A stretch of DNA of 40,793 bases, from positions 1-40,793 of the forward strand of contig JBDTOK010000001.1 in the NCBI GenBank assembly GCA_039933275.1. Reading direction: 5' to 3'. This DNA is from Chloroflexota bacterium (GTDB lineage Bacteria > Chloroflexota > Dehalococcoidia > SM23-28-2 > RBG-16-64-32). A model generated the notes under the pieces. That model did not search any database and was not told the origin of the DNA. It worked only from the letters and a program-made list of their open reading frames with translations. The position numbers and the translations under genes were made by a program. Below, one piece after another: positions 9,586-17,010 of this stretch. Positions within the stretch are counted from its first letter, which is position 1. The number at the start of each line of letters is the position of its first letter.

Positions 9586-9722
9586 ATCGTCCTCCTTGAA
9601 CCCAACCGCATGCTTCGAAGCGCGTCTCAATTTCTGATGATGACTGAATGGCCGTAAAAGTGCCAATTGAGTCGCTATAGAGGAATGGGCGGCGCTGAGG
9701 AATGATAGAGATTGTTTATGTG

Positions 9723-10886
9723 CTAGCCGGAGGCGTCTTTTGGCTCTTCCGGCTCACCTGATGGCGGGGTTTCTTCTCTGGACGCCCGTAGTTTTTCCAG
9801 GTCGCGGCGCACACCTTCGGCCACGCGGTCGGAGAATGTCGACTTCGCCTTCTCGATCCCGTGGGCCTTCTCGCGCTCAGCGTTAGCCTTTGCCATAACG
9901 TCCGGCAGCGCCATCACCCGCTTCATGTTGTCGGCGACCATGCCGCCCACCAGCATCTTTGTGAACGTTTGCCTGGCGTCGATCTCCGGTCGCGTGTCGA
10001 TGGGGCGGCGCTTCGGTGGGTCGCGGAGGAACTCATCGCGCTGCATCTGCGCTTCGACAAATGCCTGCAGTAGCGTCTCGTCCTGCGCGTCCTTGAGGAG
10101 ATCGCGGTAACGGTTAAGCTCGCCGATCATGCGCTCCAGCCAGTGGATCACGGCCTCGCGGTTAGTGCGCCAGATGCCGTGGCTCATCGCCGGATCGGTG
10201 GAGGCGAGGCGCGTGATGTCTGTGAAGCCGGACGACGCCATCATCCCCATGTCTTCCCACGAAGGGCTGGCGCGCAGCAGCGTGAAGAGCGCTGTAGAGA
10301 TGACGAGAGGCAGGTGGCTCACCGCGGCGGCGTACTGGTCGTGCTCCGGCGCGTCCATGAACAGGGGCTCGGCGCCAACGATCGTGGCGATGCCGGACAC
10401 CTGCTGGATCGCGCCCGGGCTGGCGTCGATCGGCGGCGTGATGACGTAACCCTTGCCCTTGAACAGCGATCCGTCAGCGTTTTCAATGCCGCCGGTCTCT
10501 TTGCCGGCCATTGGGTGCCCACCGACGAAGTTGACGTGCGAGGGCAGTAGTTCGTTGGCCCAGCGCATGACGTCGGCCTTAGTGCTGGCGGTGTCGGTGA
10601 TGACGACGCCTTCGGCCAGGTCCGGCCCAATCTCCTTGAACAGGTCCGGCATCGACGTAATCGGCACGGCGATGATGATGAGCGATGCGCCTTCGATCGC
10701 GCGCATGAGGTTGTGTTCGCGGCGGTCGACTGCGCCCAGCTTCTGCGCGCGCGTCTCGACTTCGATGTCGCGGTCGTGCCCAACGATTTCGATGCCCGAA
10801 AGATTGGCGCTCTTCAGCGCCATCCCCAGCGAGCCGCCGATCAGCCCAAGCCCAACGATTGTGATTTTCTTCTTTGCGTCTGCCAT
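9723..10886 (-). CDS. tyrA: Prephenate dehydrogenase
   Basis: 387 aa with the Rossmann block ITIVGLGLIGGSLG and the block FVGGHPMAG. It has a charged C-terminal extension of about 90 aa. Confidence 0.88.
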   Translation of the reverse strand: MADAKKKITIVGLGLIGGSLGMALKSANLSGIEIVGHDRDIEVETRAQKLGAVDRREHNLMRAIEGASLIIIAVPITSMPDLFKEIGPDLAEGVVITDTASTKADVMRWANELLPSHVNFVGGHPMAGKETGGIENADGSLFKGKGYVITPPIDASPGAIQQVSGIATIVGAEPLFMDAPEHDQYAAAVSHLPLVISTALFTLLRASPSWEDMGMMASSGFTDITRLASTDPAMSHGIWRTNREAVIHWLERMIGELNRYRDLLKDAQDETLLQAFVEAQMQRDEFLRDPPKRRPIDTRPEIDARQTFTKMLVGGMVADNMKRVMALPDVMAKANAEREKAHGIEKAKSTFSDRVAEGVRRDLEKLRASREETPPSGEPEEPKDASG

Positions 10887-10921
10887 ATCCCTAGTGTACT
10901 AGGAACGACGAAAGGGCACGC

Positions 10922-11440
10922 CTAGGATTCGTCGTCCACCGACTTCAGCAGGCGTGCGCGGTCGCTCGTGGGCGAGCCCATCTCCCGCAGCAGCGCGATA
11001 ATGCCGTCCGTCGCGCCGTACTCGCGGGCGAGCTCCAGCGTCTTGCGATCGTGCGCCTGCAATGAGGCGAGGCCGCGGTTGTAGCGGGCAGCGCGCTTAA
11101 GTAACCCAGGCGTCCGCTCAAGCACCACGTACGCCACGCGGTGCTGCACCCCGAAACGGGCGCCTGCGATGCTGCCCTTGCCGGCGTCGTGGATGAGGGC
11201 GGCTTGCAGCATCTCGGAGTCCGCGCAGCCGTTGGCGACGAGCCTGGCGTAGACGTCCAAACAGTGGCGCTGGTCAGCCGCCTGCATCGAGTCGAACAGC
11301 GGGTAGAGGCGCTCGCCCAGCACGCGGCGGGCGTCGGCGCGCTCTTCCGGCTGCACGTGCGGGCGCAGGGTGCGGCGTAGCTGTCGGAGGCGGTATAACC
11401 CGCGGCTAAACGAAGACATCGCCGCCGGCGACCCCGGCAA
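10922..11440 (-). CDS. HD-domain phosphohydrolase-like protein
   Basis: 172 aa with the H..HD signature (QRHCLDV ... ALIHDAGK). The start is uncertain (11440 or 11419). It overlaps the 3' end of the M50 gene. Confidence 0.75.
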   Translation of the reverse strand: MPGSPAAMSSFSRGLYRLRQLRRTLRPHVQPEERADARRVLGERLYPLFDSMQAADQRHCLDVYARLVANGCADSEMLQAALIHDAGKGSIAGARFGVQHRVAYVVLERTPGLLKRAARYNRGLASLQAHDRKTLELAREYGATDGIIALLREMGSPTSDRARLLKSVDDES

Positions 11441-12137
11441 ACAGGTTCGCGAGCACTTTGATCAGCGGCTGCATGATCCCGAACAGCCCGAACTTGCCGC
11501 CGGTCAGGAACGGCGAGAGGAAACCGATGATCAAGATCATCGGGCCGTATGGCTCCAGCTTGGCGAAGTCGTTGGCGAGGTCGCGGGGCAAGATCCCGAG
11601 CACTACCTTGAACCCATCCAGCGGCGCGATCGGCAGCAGGTTGAAGACGCCAAGGATGATGCTGAAGAGAACGATCGATGTAAGAAAGAGGCCAAGGTAC
11701 TCGCTGGAGCCGAAGCCGCGGTCCGCTAGCTGTGAGAAGCGCACGGTGTTAAACGGAGAGATCCACGGCACGGCGCCCAGCTTGATCGGCAGTCCAAACG
11801 CAGCGGCGACGATGAAGTTGGACAGCGGCCCCGCCGCCGACACCAGCCCGATCGAGGCCTTGGGGTTCTTCGTGGCGTAGGGGTTGAACTGCACGGGTTT
11901 ACCCCAGCCGATACCGACCATGATCATCAGAATCGTGCCGGTGGGGTCGAGGTGGGCCAGCGGGTTCAGCGTGACGCGGCCCTGGCTTCGAGGCAGTCGG
12001 TCGCCGAGGCTATCGGCGGTGAAGGCGTGCGAGAACTCGTGGAAAGAGATGCCGGCCACCAGCGCGACAGCGATCGAAAGGGAGAAGACGATTGCGGCGA
12101 ACGGGTCGTCCTTGACCAGCGTCAGGTAGAAGATCAT
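11406..12137 (-). CDS. Site-2 protease family (M50) membrane metalloprotease
   Basis: HEFSHAF (HExxH) sits in a TM helix of a multi-pass hydrophobic protein. I moved the start to ATG 12137 ([12 protein letters not shown]...). The track ORF extends to 12251 with an Arg/Ser-rich non-membrane leader. Confidence 0.8.
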   Translation of the reverse strand: MIFYLTLVKDDPFAAIVFSLSIAVALVAGISFHEFSHAFTADSLGDRLPRSQGRVTLNPLAHLDPTGTILMIMVGIGWGKPVQFNPYATKNPKASIGLVSAAGPLSNFIVAAAFGLPIKLGAVPWISPFNTVRFSQLADRGFGSSEYLGLFLTSIVLFSIILGVFNLLPIAPLDGFKVVLGILPRDLANDFAKLEPYGPMILIIGFLSPFLTGGKFGLFGIMQPLIKVLANLFAGVAGGDVFV

Positions 12138-12190
12138 CGGGTTGCGATTAAGTCTACGCTGGGGGGAGGGCTTAGCGCTTCCGGACTTTA

Positions 12191-12220
12191 ACCTGAGAGA
12201 GCCGCGGTGCACCTGAGAGA
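12191..12220. repeat. 10-bp direct repeat ACCTGAGAGA x2, 20-bp phasing
   Basis: Copies at 12191-12200 and 12211-12220, in the divergent intergenic region between the M50 protease and the 12328 gene. A regulatory role is only inferred. Confidence 0.5.
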
Positions 12221-12242
12221 AACCTGGAACCGAAGAACACCT

Positions 12243-12288
12243 AGAACCCAACGCGCGTTAGGTTCTGGTCCTTCGCTTCCGCTATAAT
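12243..12288 (+). promoter_or_regulatory. Candidate operator palindrome plus -10 box for the 12328 gene
   Basis: AGAACCcAACGCGCGTTaGGTTCT (12243-12266) matches its own reverse complement at 22 of 24 positions. It is followed 16 nt later by a consensus TATAAT (12283-12288). ACGGAGGTG lies 5-12 nt before the ATG at 12328. Confidence 0.45.
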
Positions 12289-12327
12289 TCTGGAATCCCG
12301 AACCAGGGACACAGACGGAGGTGCGCT

Positions 12328-13662
12328 ATGGCAGCCAGGCGAAGCACTCTTCTTGAGCCGGTGAACACGCTCGAGGCCGTACAGAAGGCGTGGTCTTACC
12401 CGCTCTTCGATTCGATCTTCCAACGACGCGCGCGACGCTTCCCGCTGGGCGCGACGATGCCCGGTAGCCTGACGCCGTACCAGTCGACGAAGGAGCCGGT
12501 ACCGCTCGATGAGATTGAGGAAGCGATGTTGGTGATGGCCGGCACAGGCATCAGCGGCACGAACCTCGGCGACCTCCCGTATAACGACCAGAACGGCTCG
12601 AACTTCTGCGGCAATACGATGCTGCAGTTCGTCGGGCGCGTGTACGCCAGCGCCTGCGGCTCGCACGGCACGGAGCTCTTCTACACCAACGACGAAGGCA
12701 CGTACATGGTGCAGTTCCGCGACAAGGCCGCGAACGCAATGCAGGAGTACGAGACGCTGGACGACCGCGAGAAAATCATCCAGAACTTCCGCGCTAACAC
12801 CGTCAAGATCAGTGACGGGCGCCTCGACGTGCCGATGGTGCCCGGCGTCACGCAGCCGTTCAACTGGTGGAACGCAAACCAGGCAGGCTCGACGCTGTTC
12901 ATGCCGATCAGCGACGTCACCTGGGAGTACATCAACGTCCTCATGCTGCTGATGGACGAGCCGAACTCCTACTACCCCTACGACGACATCAACGGCAACG
13001 CCGAGCCGCTGAAGGAGTGGGCGGACAAGGGCTACCTGGACCGCACCCGTGCCTACCCGCTCTCCCAGATGGAGAGCGCGATGCGGATGATCACGTCCGG
13101 CACCGAGCAGGCGATCATGCTGCAGAACATGTACCTCGCGCTGCAGGCGATGGGGCTGGGCGGCTGGATCTTCACCTCGTCCCTCGGGCCGATGGTGATG
13201 ACGCAGATGGGGTTCAACATCCACGTTTCGGAGAAGGGGCCGATCAAGCCGCTGATTCCGGGGCCGCGCGTCGCGCCCGTCGGCATCGACGGCGTGTTCC
13301 AGTCCTACTGCCCGCCGTACTACCCCGACATGGACTCGGCCTGCCAGGCGATCTTCGACGCGAAGTGGGGCAAGCAGGGCATATACAAGGAAGACGGCAA
13401 GCCGGTCGCCTGGAAGGACCGACAGTCGCTGGACAAGCTGGTCAACAAGACGCCGCAGTGGTGCCTGGACGCGACGAAGGCGATGGCCCAGTACATCTTC
13501 GAGACGTACGGCCGCTTCCCCGCCACGATCGATCCGATGGAGATGAACATCTGGTTCCAGGCGCACCACCTGGAGACGGACTTCTACGACGAGTTCTACC
13601 AGCCGGGCTCATACCACAAGGCGGTCAAGGACCACATGGCCGTCTGGCACGAATCCCACTAG
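12328..13662 (+). CDS. Hypothetical 444-aa protein, possibly nitroreductase-superfamily fold
   Basis: It has balanced composition (W, Y, N, K and M present), unlike its antisense ORF, and a good SD. The N-terminal FQRRARRFPLG...PLDEIEEAMLVMAGTG and the later AIMLQNMYLALQAMGLGGW resemble nitroreductase/SagB-type blocks. The rest is unrecognised. Confidence 0.8.
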   Translation: MAARRSTLLEPVNTLEAVQKAWSYPLFDSIFQRRARRFPLGATMPGSLTPYQSTKEPVPLDEIEEAMLVMAGTGISGTNLGDLPYNDQNGSNFCGNTMLQFVGRVYASACGSHGTELFYTNDEGTYMVQFRDKAANAMQEYETLDDREKIIQNFRANTVKISDGRLDVPMVPGVTQPFNWWNANQAGSTLFMPISDVTWEYINVLMLLMDEPNSYYPYDDINGNAEPLKEWADKGYLDRTRAYPLSQMESAMRMITSGTEQAIMLQNMYLALQAMGLGGWIFTSSLGPMVMTQMGFNIHVSEKGPIKPLIPGPRVAPVGIDGVFQSYCPPYYPDMDSACQAIFDAKWGKQGIYKEDGKPVAWKDRQSLDKLVNKTPQWCLDATKAMAQYIFETYGRFPATIDPMEMNIWFQAHHLETDFYDEFYQPGSYHKAVKDHMAVWHESH

Positions 13663-14259
13663 CGGGTAGCGGGTAGTTTGAAGCGGCTGAGATAGCCAAG
13701 AAGGCGGCTGATGGGAGAAATCGCGAGAAGCAGGCTATACTTCCGCCACCGTGCGCAGCCGGGCGTAATAAAAGTCCCCCGCCCACGTCTATCTAGATAT
13801 GCGATCCGACGCGCAATGGCTTGAATTCGTCGACAATTGGAAATACTTCTGGGGATGCAGTGCCTTGATGGTTGTTGCCTACCTGGTTGCAAGCGGAATC
13901 GATGCCACCGGTCCAAGGACAAGCTTCGCGATAGGCCTTGCGGGTGCCGCTGCGCTGGCTTTTCACGGCGTTTTGCCATGGGTACTCTTGATCCGTGCGT
14001 GGCTGACGGGACATCACTTGGCTCTGCCAAAGAGAGACGCACGCTTCTGGACAGGACTTGCCTCGACTGCGGGGCGCTGGCTCCTCGACGAACAGCCTAG
14101 AGCCTCAGAGAATCGTGCTCGTGGGTCGTTAGTTGGTGTCCGATTGCCGTCCTATTCGTTGCCCTTTTCGTTGCTCTATCTATTCGGCTGGATATTTCTC
14201 TTCGTCCTGACAGGTCTATCTCTGATTTCGATCGCAAACTGACCCACTACCCACTAGCG
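13657..14259. mobile_element. About 0.6-kb insertion-like segment with imperfect inverted-repeat ends and flanking short direct repeat; no transposase
   Basis: Left end: CACTAGCGGGTAGCGGGT-AGTTTG (13657-13680). Reverse complement of the right end (14259-14235): CGCTAGTGGGTAGTGGGTCAGTTTG. The direct repeat CCCACTAGCG occurs at 13655-13664 and 14250-14259. The interior is visibly lower in GC and has T-ending codons. Confidence 0.5.
13799..14242 (+). CDS. Hypothetical membrane protein (about 4 hydrophobic segments) carried on the insertion
   Basis: 147-aa ORF with hydrophobic stretches (CSALMVVAYLVASGI, FAIGLAGAAALAFHGVLPWVLLI, LPFSLLYLFGWIFLFVLTGLSLISI). It has no clear SD, and its codon usage is atypical for the window. 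Confidence 0.5.
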   Translation: MRSDAQWLEFVDNWKYFWGCSALMVVAYLVASGIDATGPRTSFAIGLAGAAALAFHGVLPWVLLIRAWLTGHHLALPKRDARFWTGLASTAGRWLLDEQPRASENRARGSLVGVRLPSYSLPFSLLYLFGWIFLFVLTGLSLISIAN

Positions 14260-14272
14260 CGACGAGAGTCGT

Positions 14273-15163
14273 CTAGGCGCGGACAGCTGGCGCCGGGCTG
14301 ATCGTCAGCTGGTTGCTCACTTTGCGCACGCCGGGGATGCGGACAATCGTTCGCTGGATGTCCTCGGACTGGCGCGGCGTGGGCACGAAGCCGTAGATGA
14401 TGACGCCGCCAAGCTTTGATCTCGCGTAGACGCTGGTGTGCGCCAGACCTTCGCGCAGCAGGGCGCTGCCAATCTGTGTTTCGATCCCGATGTCGTCAGC
14501 TATCTCATCGTTGATGCTGATAACGCCGTGTACCCTGGCGACGATCGATTCCACGTACTCACGCGCGGCGGCCACCCAGACGTTGCCGCTCAGTGTGACC
14601 ACACCGGCTTCGACGCTTGGCTTTACCCGCAACTTCTCGTCTGTCTGGAGGTGACGGTCCTCGGCGATCGCTCTCTTAACGTCGGCCAGGATGTCGGCGT
14701 CCCAGTCGTACTCTGGCATCGCGTCCAGGTCTGCGGTGAACATCAGGTTCTTGCCTTCGAACTGCGCGTCCCCCACTTTCACGCGATACGTCTTGCCCCC
14801 GCGTGAGACCAGCACCTCTTCGACGCGATTGCCGTCCGTGTTCAGCAACACACCTGCAAATCGCATGCCCTGGCGGGATGTCGGCGTCTCTGCGGAGACT
14901 GGTCGCGCCGGTGCGGCGACAGGCGGTATCTCCCGCGCGAACGCTTTTATCGACGTCGCCGCGATTTTCACCGCGCCGTCCGCCATCGACGTGACGGCTG
15001 TCATCGGCAGCTTCACGCTCTTCTGGCTGAAGAGGGCGCCGGCGCTGACCGTGACGTTGAGGACAACCCAGTTCTCAGTCACGTCGAGGGCGCTGACTTT
15101 ACCCGTCCAACGGTCATCAAAGCAAACGGGGCTGTCGAGCTTGAGCGGTGCTATGCGGGCCAC
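14273..15163 (-). CDS. BON-domain protein (two C-terminal BON-like repeats)
   Basis: 296 aa with the repeats ...VKPSVEAGVVTLSGNVWVAAAREYVESIVARVHGVISINDEI and ...VYARSKLGGVIIYGFVPTPRQSEDIQRTIVRIPGVRKVSNQL. Confidence 0.8.
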   Translation of the reverse strand: MARIAPLKLDSPVCFDDRWTGKVSALDVTENWVVLNVTVSAGALFSQKSVKLPMTAVTSMADGAVKIAATSIKAFAREIPPVAAPARPVSAETPTSRQGMRFAGVLLNTDGNRVEEVLVSRGGKTYRVKVGDAQFEGKNLMFTADLDAMPEYDWDADILADVKRAIAEDRHLQTDEKLRVKPSVEAGVVTLSGNVWVAAAREYVESIVARVHGVISINDEIADDIGIETQIGSALLREGLAHTSVYARSKLGGVIIYGFVPTPRQSEDIQRTIVRIPGVRKVSNQLTISPAPAVRA

Positions 15164-15256
15164 TTCGCCTCCATAAGATGTTCTCGGTTCAGCGTAGGGT
15201 ATCCGATAATCGCGCGCCAGTCGGTTGACGCCCCTGCCACACCCCTCTACCGTTTA

Positions 15257-16648
15257 TTGGACATGCGTACCCGAACATTCGTTGCGATTTTGCTCAGCGG
15301 CGGGCTACTGATTGCGCTGGCCGCGTGCGGCGGAGGTGGCTCCGGCTCATCGTCCACGCCAGACGGAAGCGCTACCGGCACCAGCGGGGCGAGCATCAGC
15401 GCCGGCCCGCCCGCCGATGCGCTCCTCGTCATCGCCGACCCGAACGTCACCCACGACGTGCTGTCTGCGGCGCTGACCCAGGGCACCGTCAAGAAGTACT
15501 TCCTCACCTCCCGCAGCCACGACCCAGCCTCCTTCGACGGCGTAACTCTGGGCGACGCCACCGTCTGGGGAACCGTGCCTACTCCCGCGTTCGCGCAGAC
15601 AGACGACTTTAACGCCGCTTACGAGGCCACCTACGGTCACCCGGCCTCCGACGCTTTCGGCACAGCCGCGATGTACGACTCCGTCTACGTCGTAGCGCTG
15701 GCGGCCGTCGCCGCTAACAGCAACGACCGCGCCGCCATCCACGACCACATCTCCCTCGTCGCCAACGCGCCGGGCGATATCACAACCTACGGATCGGACG
15801 CCTTCTCGGCAGCCGTGACGGCGCTTTCTGAATCGAGCGATGTGAACTACGTCGGCGCTTCGGGGCAAGTAGACATCGACGCGAACGGCGAGCTGGCTAA
15901 GAGCTCTGTGCAGACCTGGCGAGTAATCAACGGCACCATTGCACCCATCGAGACGCGTGACATCGATCTCGCCGCCGAAGCCGGCATCCAGCTCCCGGCA
16001 CCGAGTCCCGCCTCGCCGCCAACGGCAACGCCGGAGACCGAGCTGCACATCGGCGTCATCGTGCCGGACGACGACAGCGGCACCGCCCTCAGCGATGCCG
16101 CCAAGCTTGCGATCAGCGAGATCAATGGCGCGGGTGGCGTCTGGGGCAAGGACGTCGTGCTGCACGTGCAGACGATCGGCAGCGCCGACCAGGCTTCGCA
16201 CGCAGCCGGCCTGCTCGCCACCGACGACTCCGTCTCCGCCATCATCGGCCCCACCACGCTGGACGCCGTGTCCTCAGCGCTACCGACTGCGGCAGAAGCA
16301 AACGTCCCGCTCCTCGCCCTGACGACAGACGCCGGCCTGAGCAAGCTGGCCGACGAGAAGAACATGCTCTACCAGATGGTGCCTTCTGACGCCCTGCAGA
16401 TGCCGGTCCTGGCCAACCTCTACCTCGAAGGCTTCCTGCCGGCGCCGGGCACAGATTCGCCGGCACCGACCGCCGCGCCAGCGGGCAGCGTCTGCATCGT
16501 CTTCCAGGCCGGGGACGCCTCCAAGCAGATGTCCGAAACCTTCGCCAAGGCGATGACCTTCAAGAAGGCGGCAGTGCGGGCAAACGTGCCGTTTGACCCG
16601 GCCACCGTGGACTATGCGGCGCTCTTAAAGGACTGCATCGGCTCCTAA
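15257..16648 (+). CDS. Lipoprotein, type-1 periplasmic binding protein (LivK-like) with permuted block order
   Basis: 463 aa with a signal peptide and lipobox (MDMRTRTFVAILLSGGLLIALAAC) followed by a Gly/Ser linker. The LivK-family blocks are present but the C-terminal-type blocks come first (see findings). Confidence 0.85.
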   Translation: MDMRTRTFVAILLSGGLLIALAACGGGGSGSSSTPDGSATGTSGASISAGPPADALLVIADPNVTHDVLSAALTQGTVKKYFLTSRSHDPASFDGVTLGDATVWGTVPTPAFAQTDDFNAAYEATYGHPASDAFGTAAMYDSVYVVALAAVAANSNDRAAIHDHISLVANAPGDITTYGSDAFSAAVTALSESSDVNYVGASGQVDIDANGELAKSSVQTWRVINGTIAPIETRDIDLAAEAGIQLPAPSPASPPTATPETELHIGVIVPDDDSGTALSDAAKLAISEINGAGGVWGKDVVLHVQTIGSADQASHAAGLLATDDSVSAIIGPTTLDAVSSALPTAAEANVPLLALTTDAGLSKLADEKNMLYQMVPSDALQMPVLANLYLEGFLPAPGTDSPAPTAAPAGSVCIVFQAGDASKQMSETFAKAMTFKKAAVRANVPFDPATVDYAALLKDCIGS

Positions 16649-16980
16649 ACGCCGTGTATCGCGGCACTTGTCGCCAAAATCGGGTCAAGTTCGCGCGGGA
16701 TCTGGAACGTGCGCACGAGACCCTTGTGGAAGACGGAGTGTGGCGGCAGACCATCGATCCGCTCGCCGTCGAAAGTGATGTGGCCGGAGTCCGGCTTGAG
16801 GAAACCGCTGATCGTGTTAAAGAGCGTCGTCTTGCCGGCGCCGTTCGGGCCGATCAGCCCGGTGATGCCGCCGCGCGGCACTTCCAGCGAACAGTCGTTG
16901 ACGGCGCGCACACCGCCGAATGACCGCGAGACGTGCTCGACTACGAGGATTGGCGGCGTCGGCGCGGCAGTCTCATTCAA
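16645..16980 (-). pseudogene. Truncated LivG-type ABC ATPase (N-terminal ~100 aa only)
   Basis: ILVVEHVSRSFGGVRAVNDCSLEVPRGGITGLIGPNGAGKTTLFNTISGFLKPDSGHITFDGERI...VRTFQIPRE contains Walker A and the Q-loop region. The similarity then ends and a stop follows. There is no ABC signature, Walker B or H-loop. Confidence 0.75.
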
Positions 16981-17010
16981 GGATGCAATTCCTTGAATCG
17001 ATATTATGCG

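Noticed and set aside
9586-9666. Longer 5' extensions offered by the ORF track for remA (to 9666), the M50 protease (to 12251), nnr (from 37652), the cyclase (from 36264), bioY (to 18153) and the acidic protein (from 26097)
   Set aside because: In each case an internal ATG or GTG has a better SD or a stop/start overlap with the upstream gene. It also begins where family similarity begins, and the extensions are Arg-rich and overlap neighbouring genes.
12241-13569. 442-aa minus-strand ORF covering the same DNA as the 12328-13662 plus-strand gene
   Set aside because: Its composition is Arg/Val/His/Leu/Ala/Asp-rich with almost no Lys, Asn, Trp, Tyr or Met, which is typical of an antisense shadow ORF in high-GC DNA. 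It has no recognisable motifs and no SD. The plus-strand ORF has normal composition, a good SD and a promoter.
13720-13790. Possible terminator GGGCG-N14-CGCCC after the 12328 gene
   Set aside because: The stem is only 5 bp, the loop is 14 nt and there is no U-tract, so it is not convincing.
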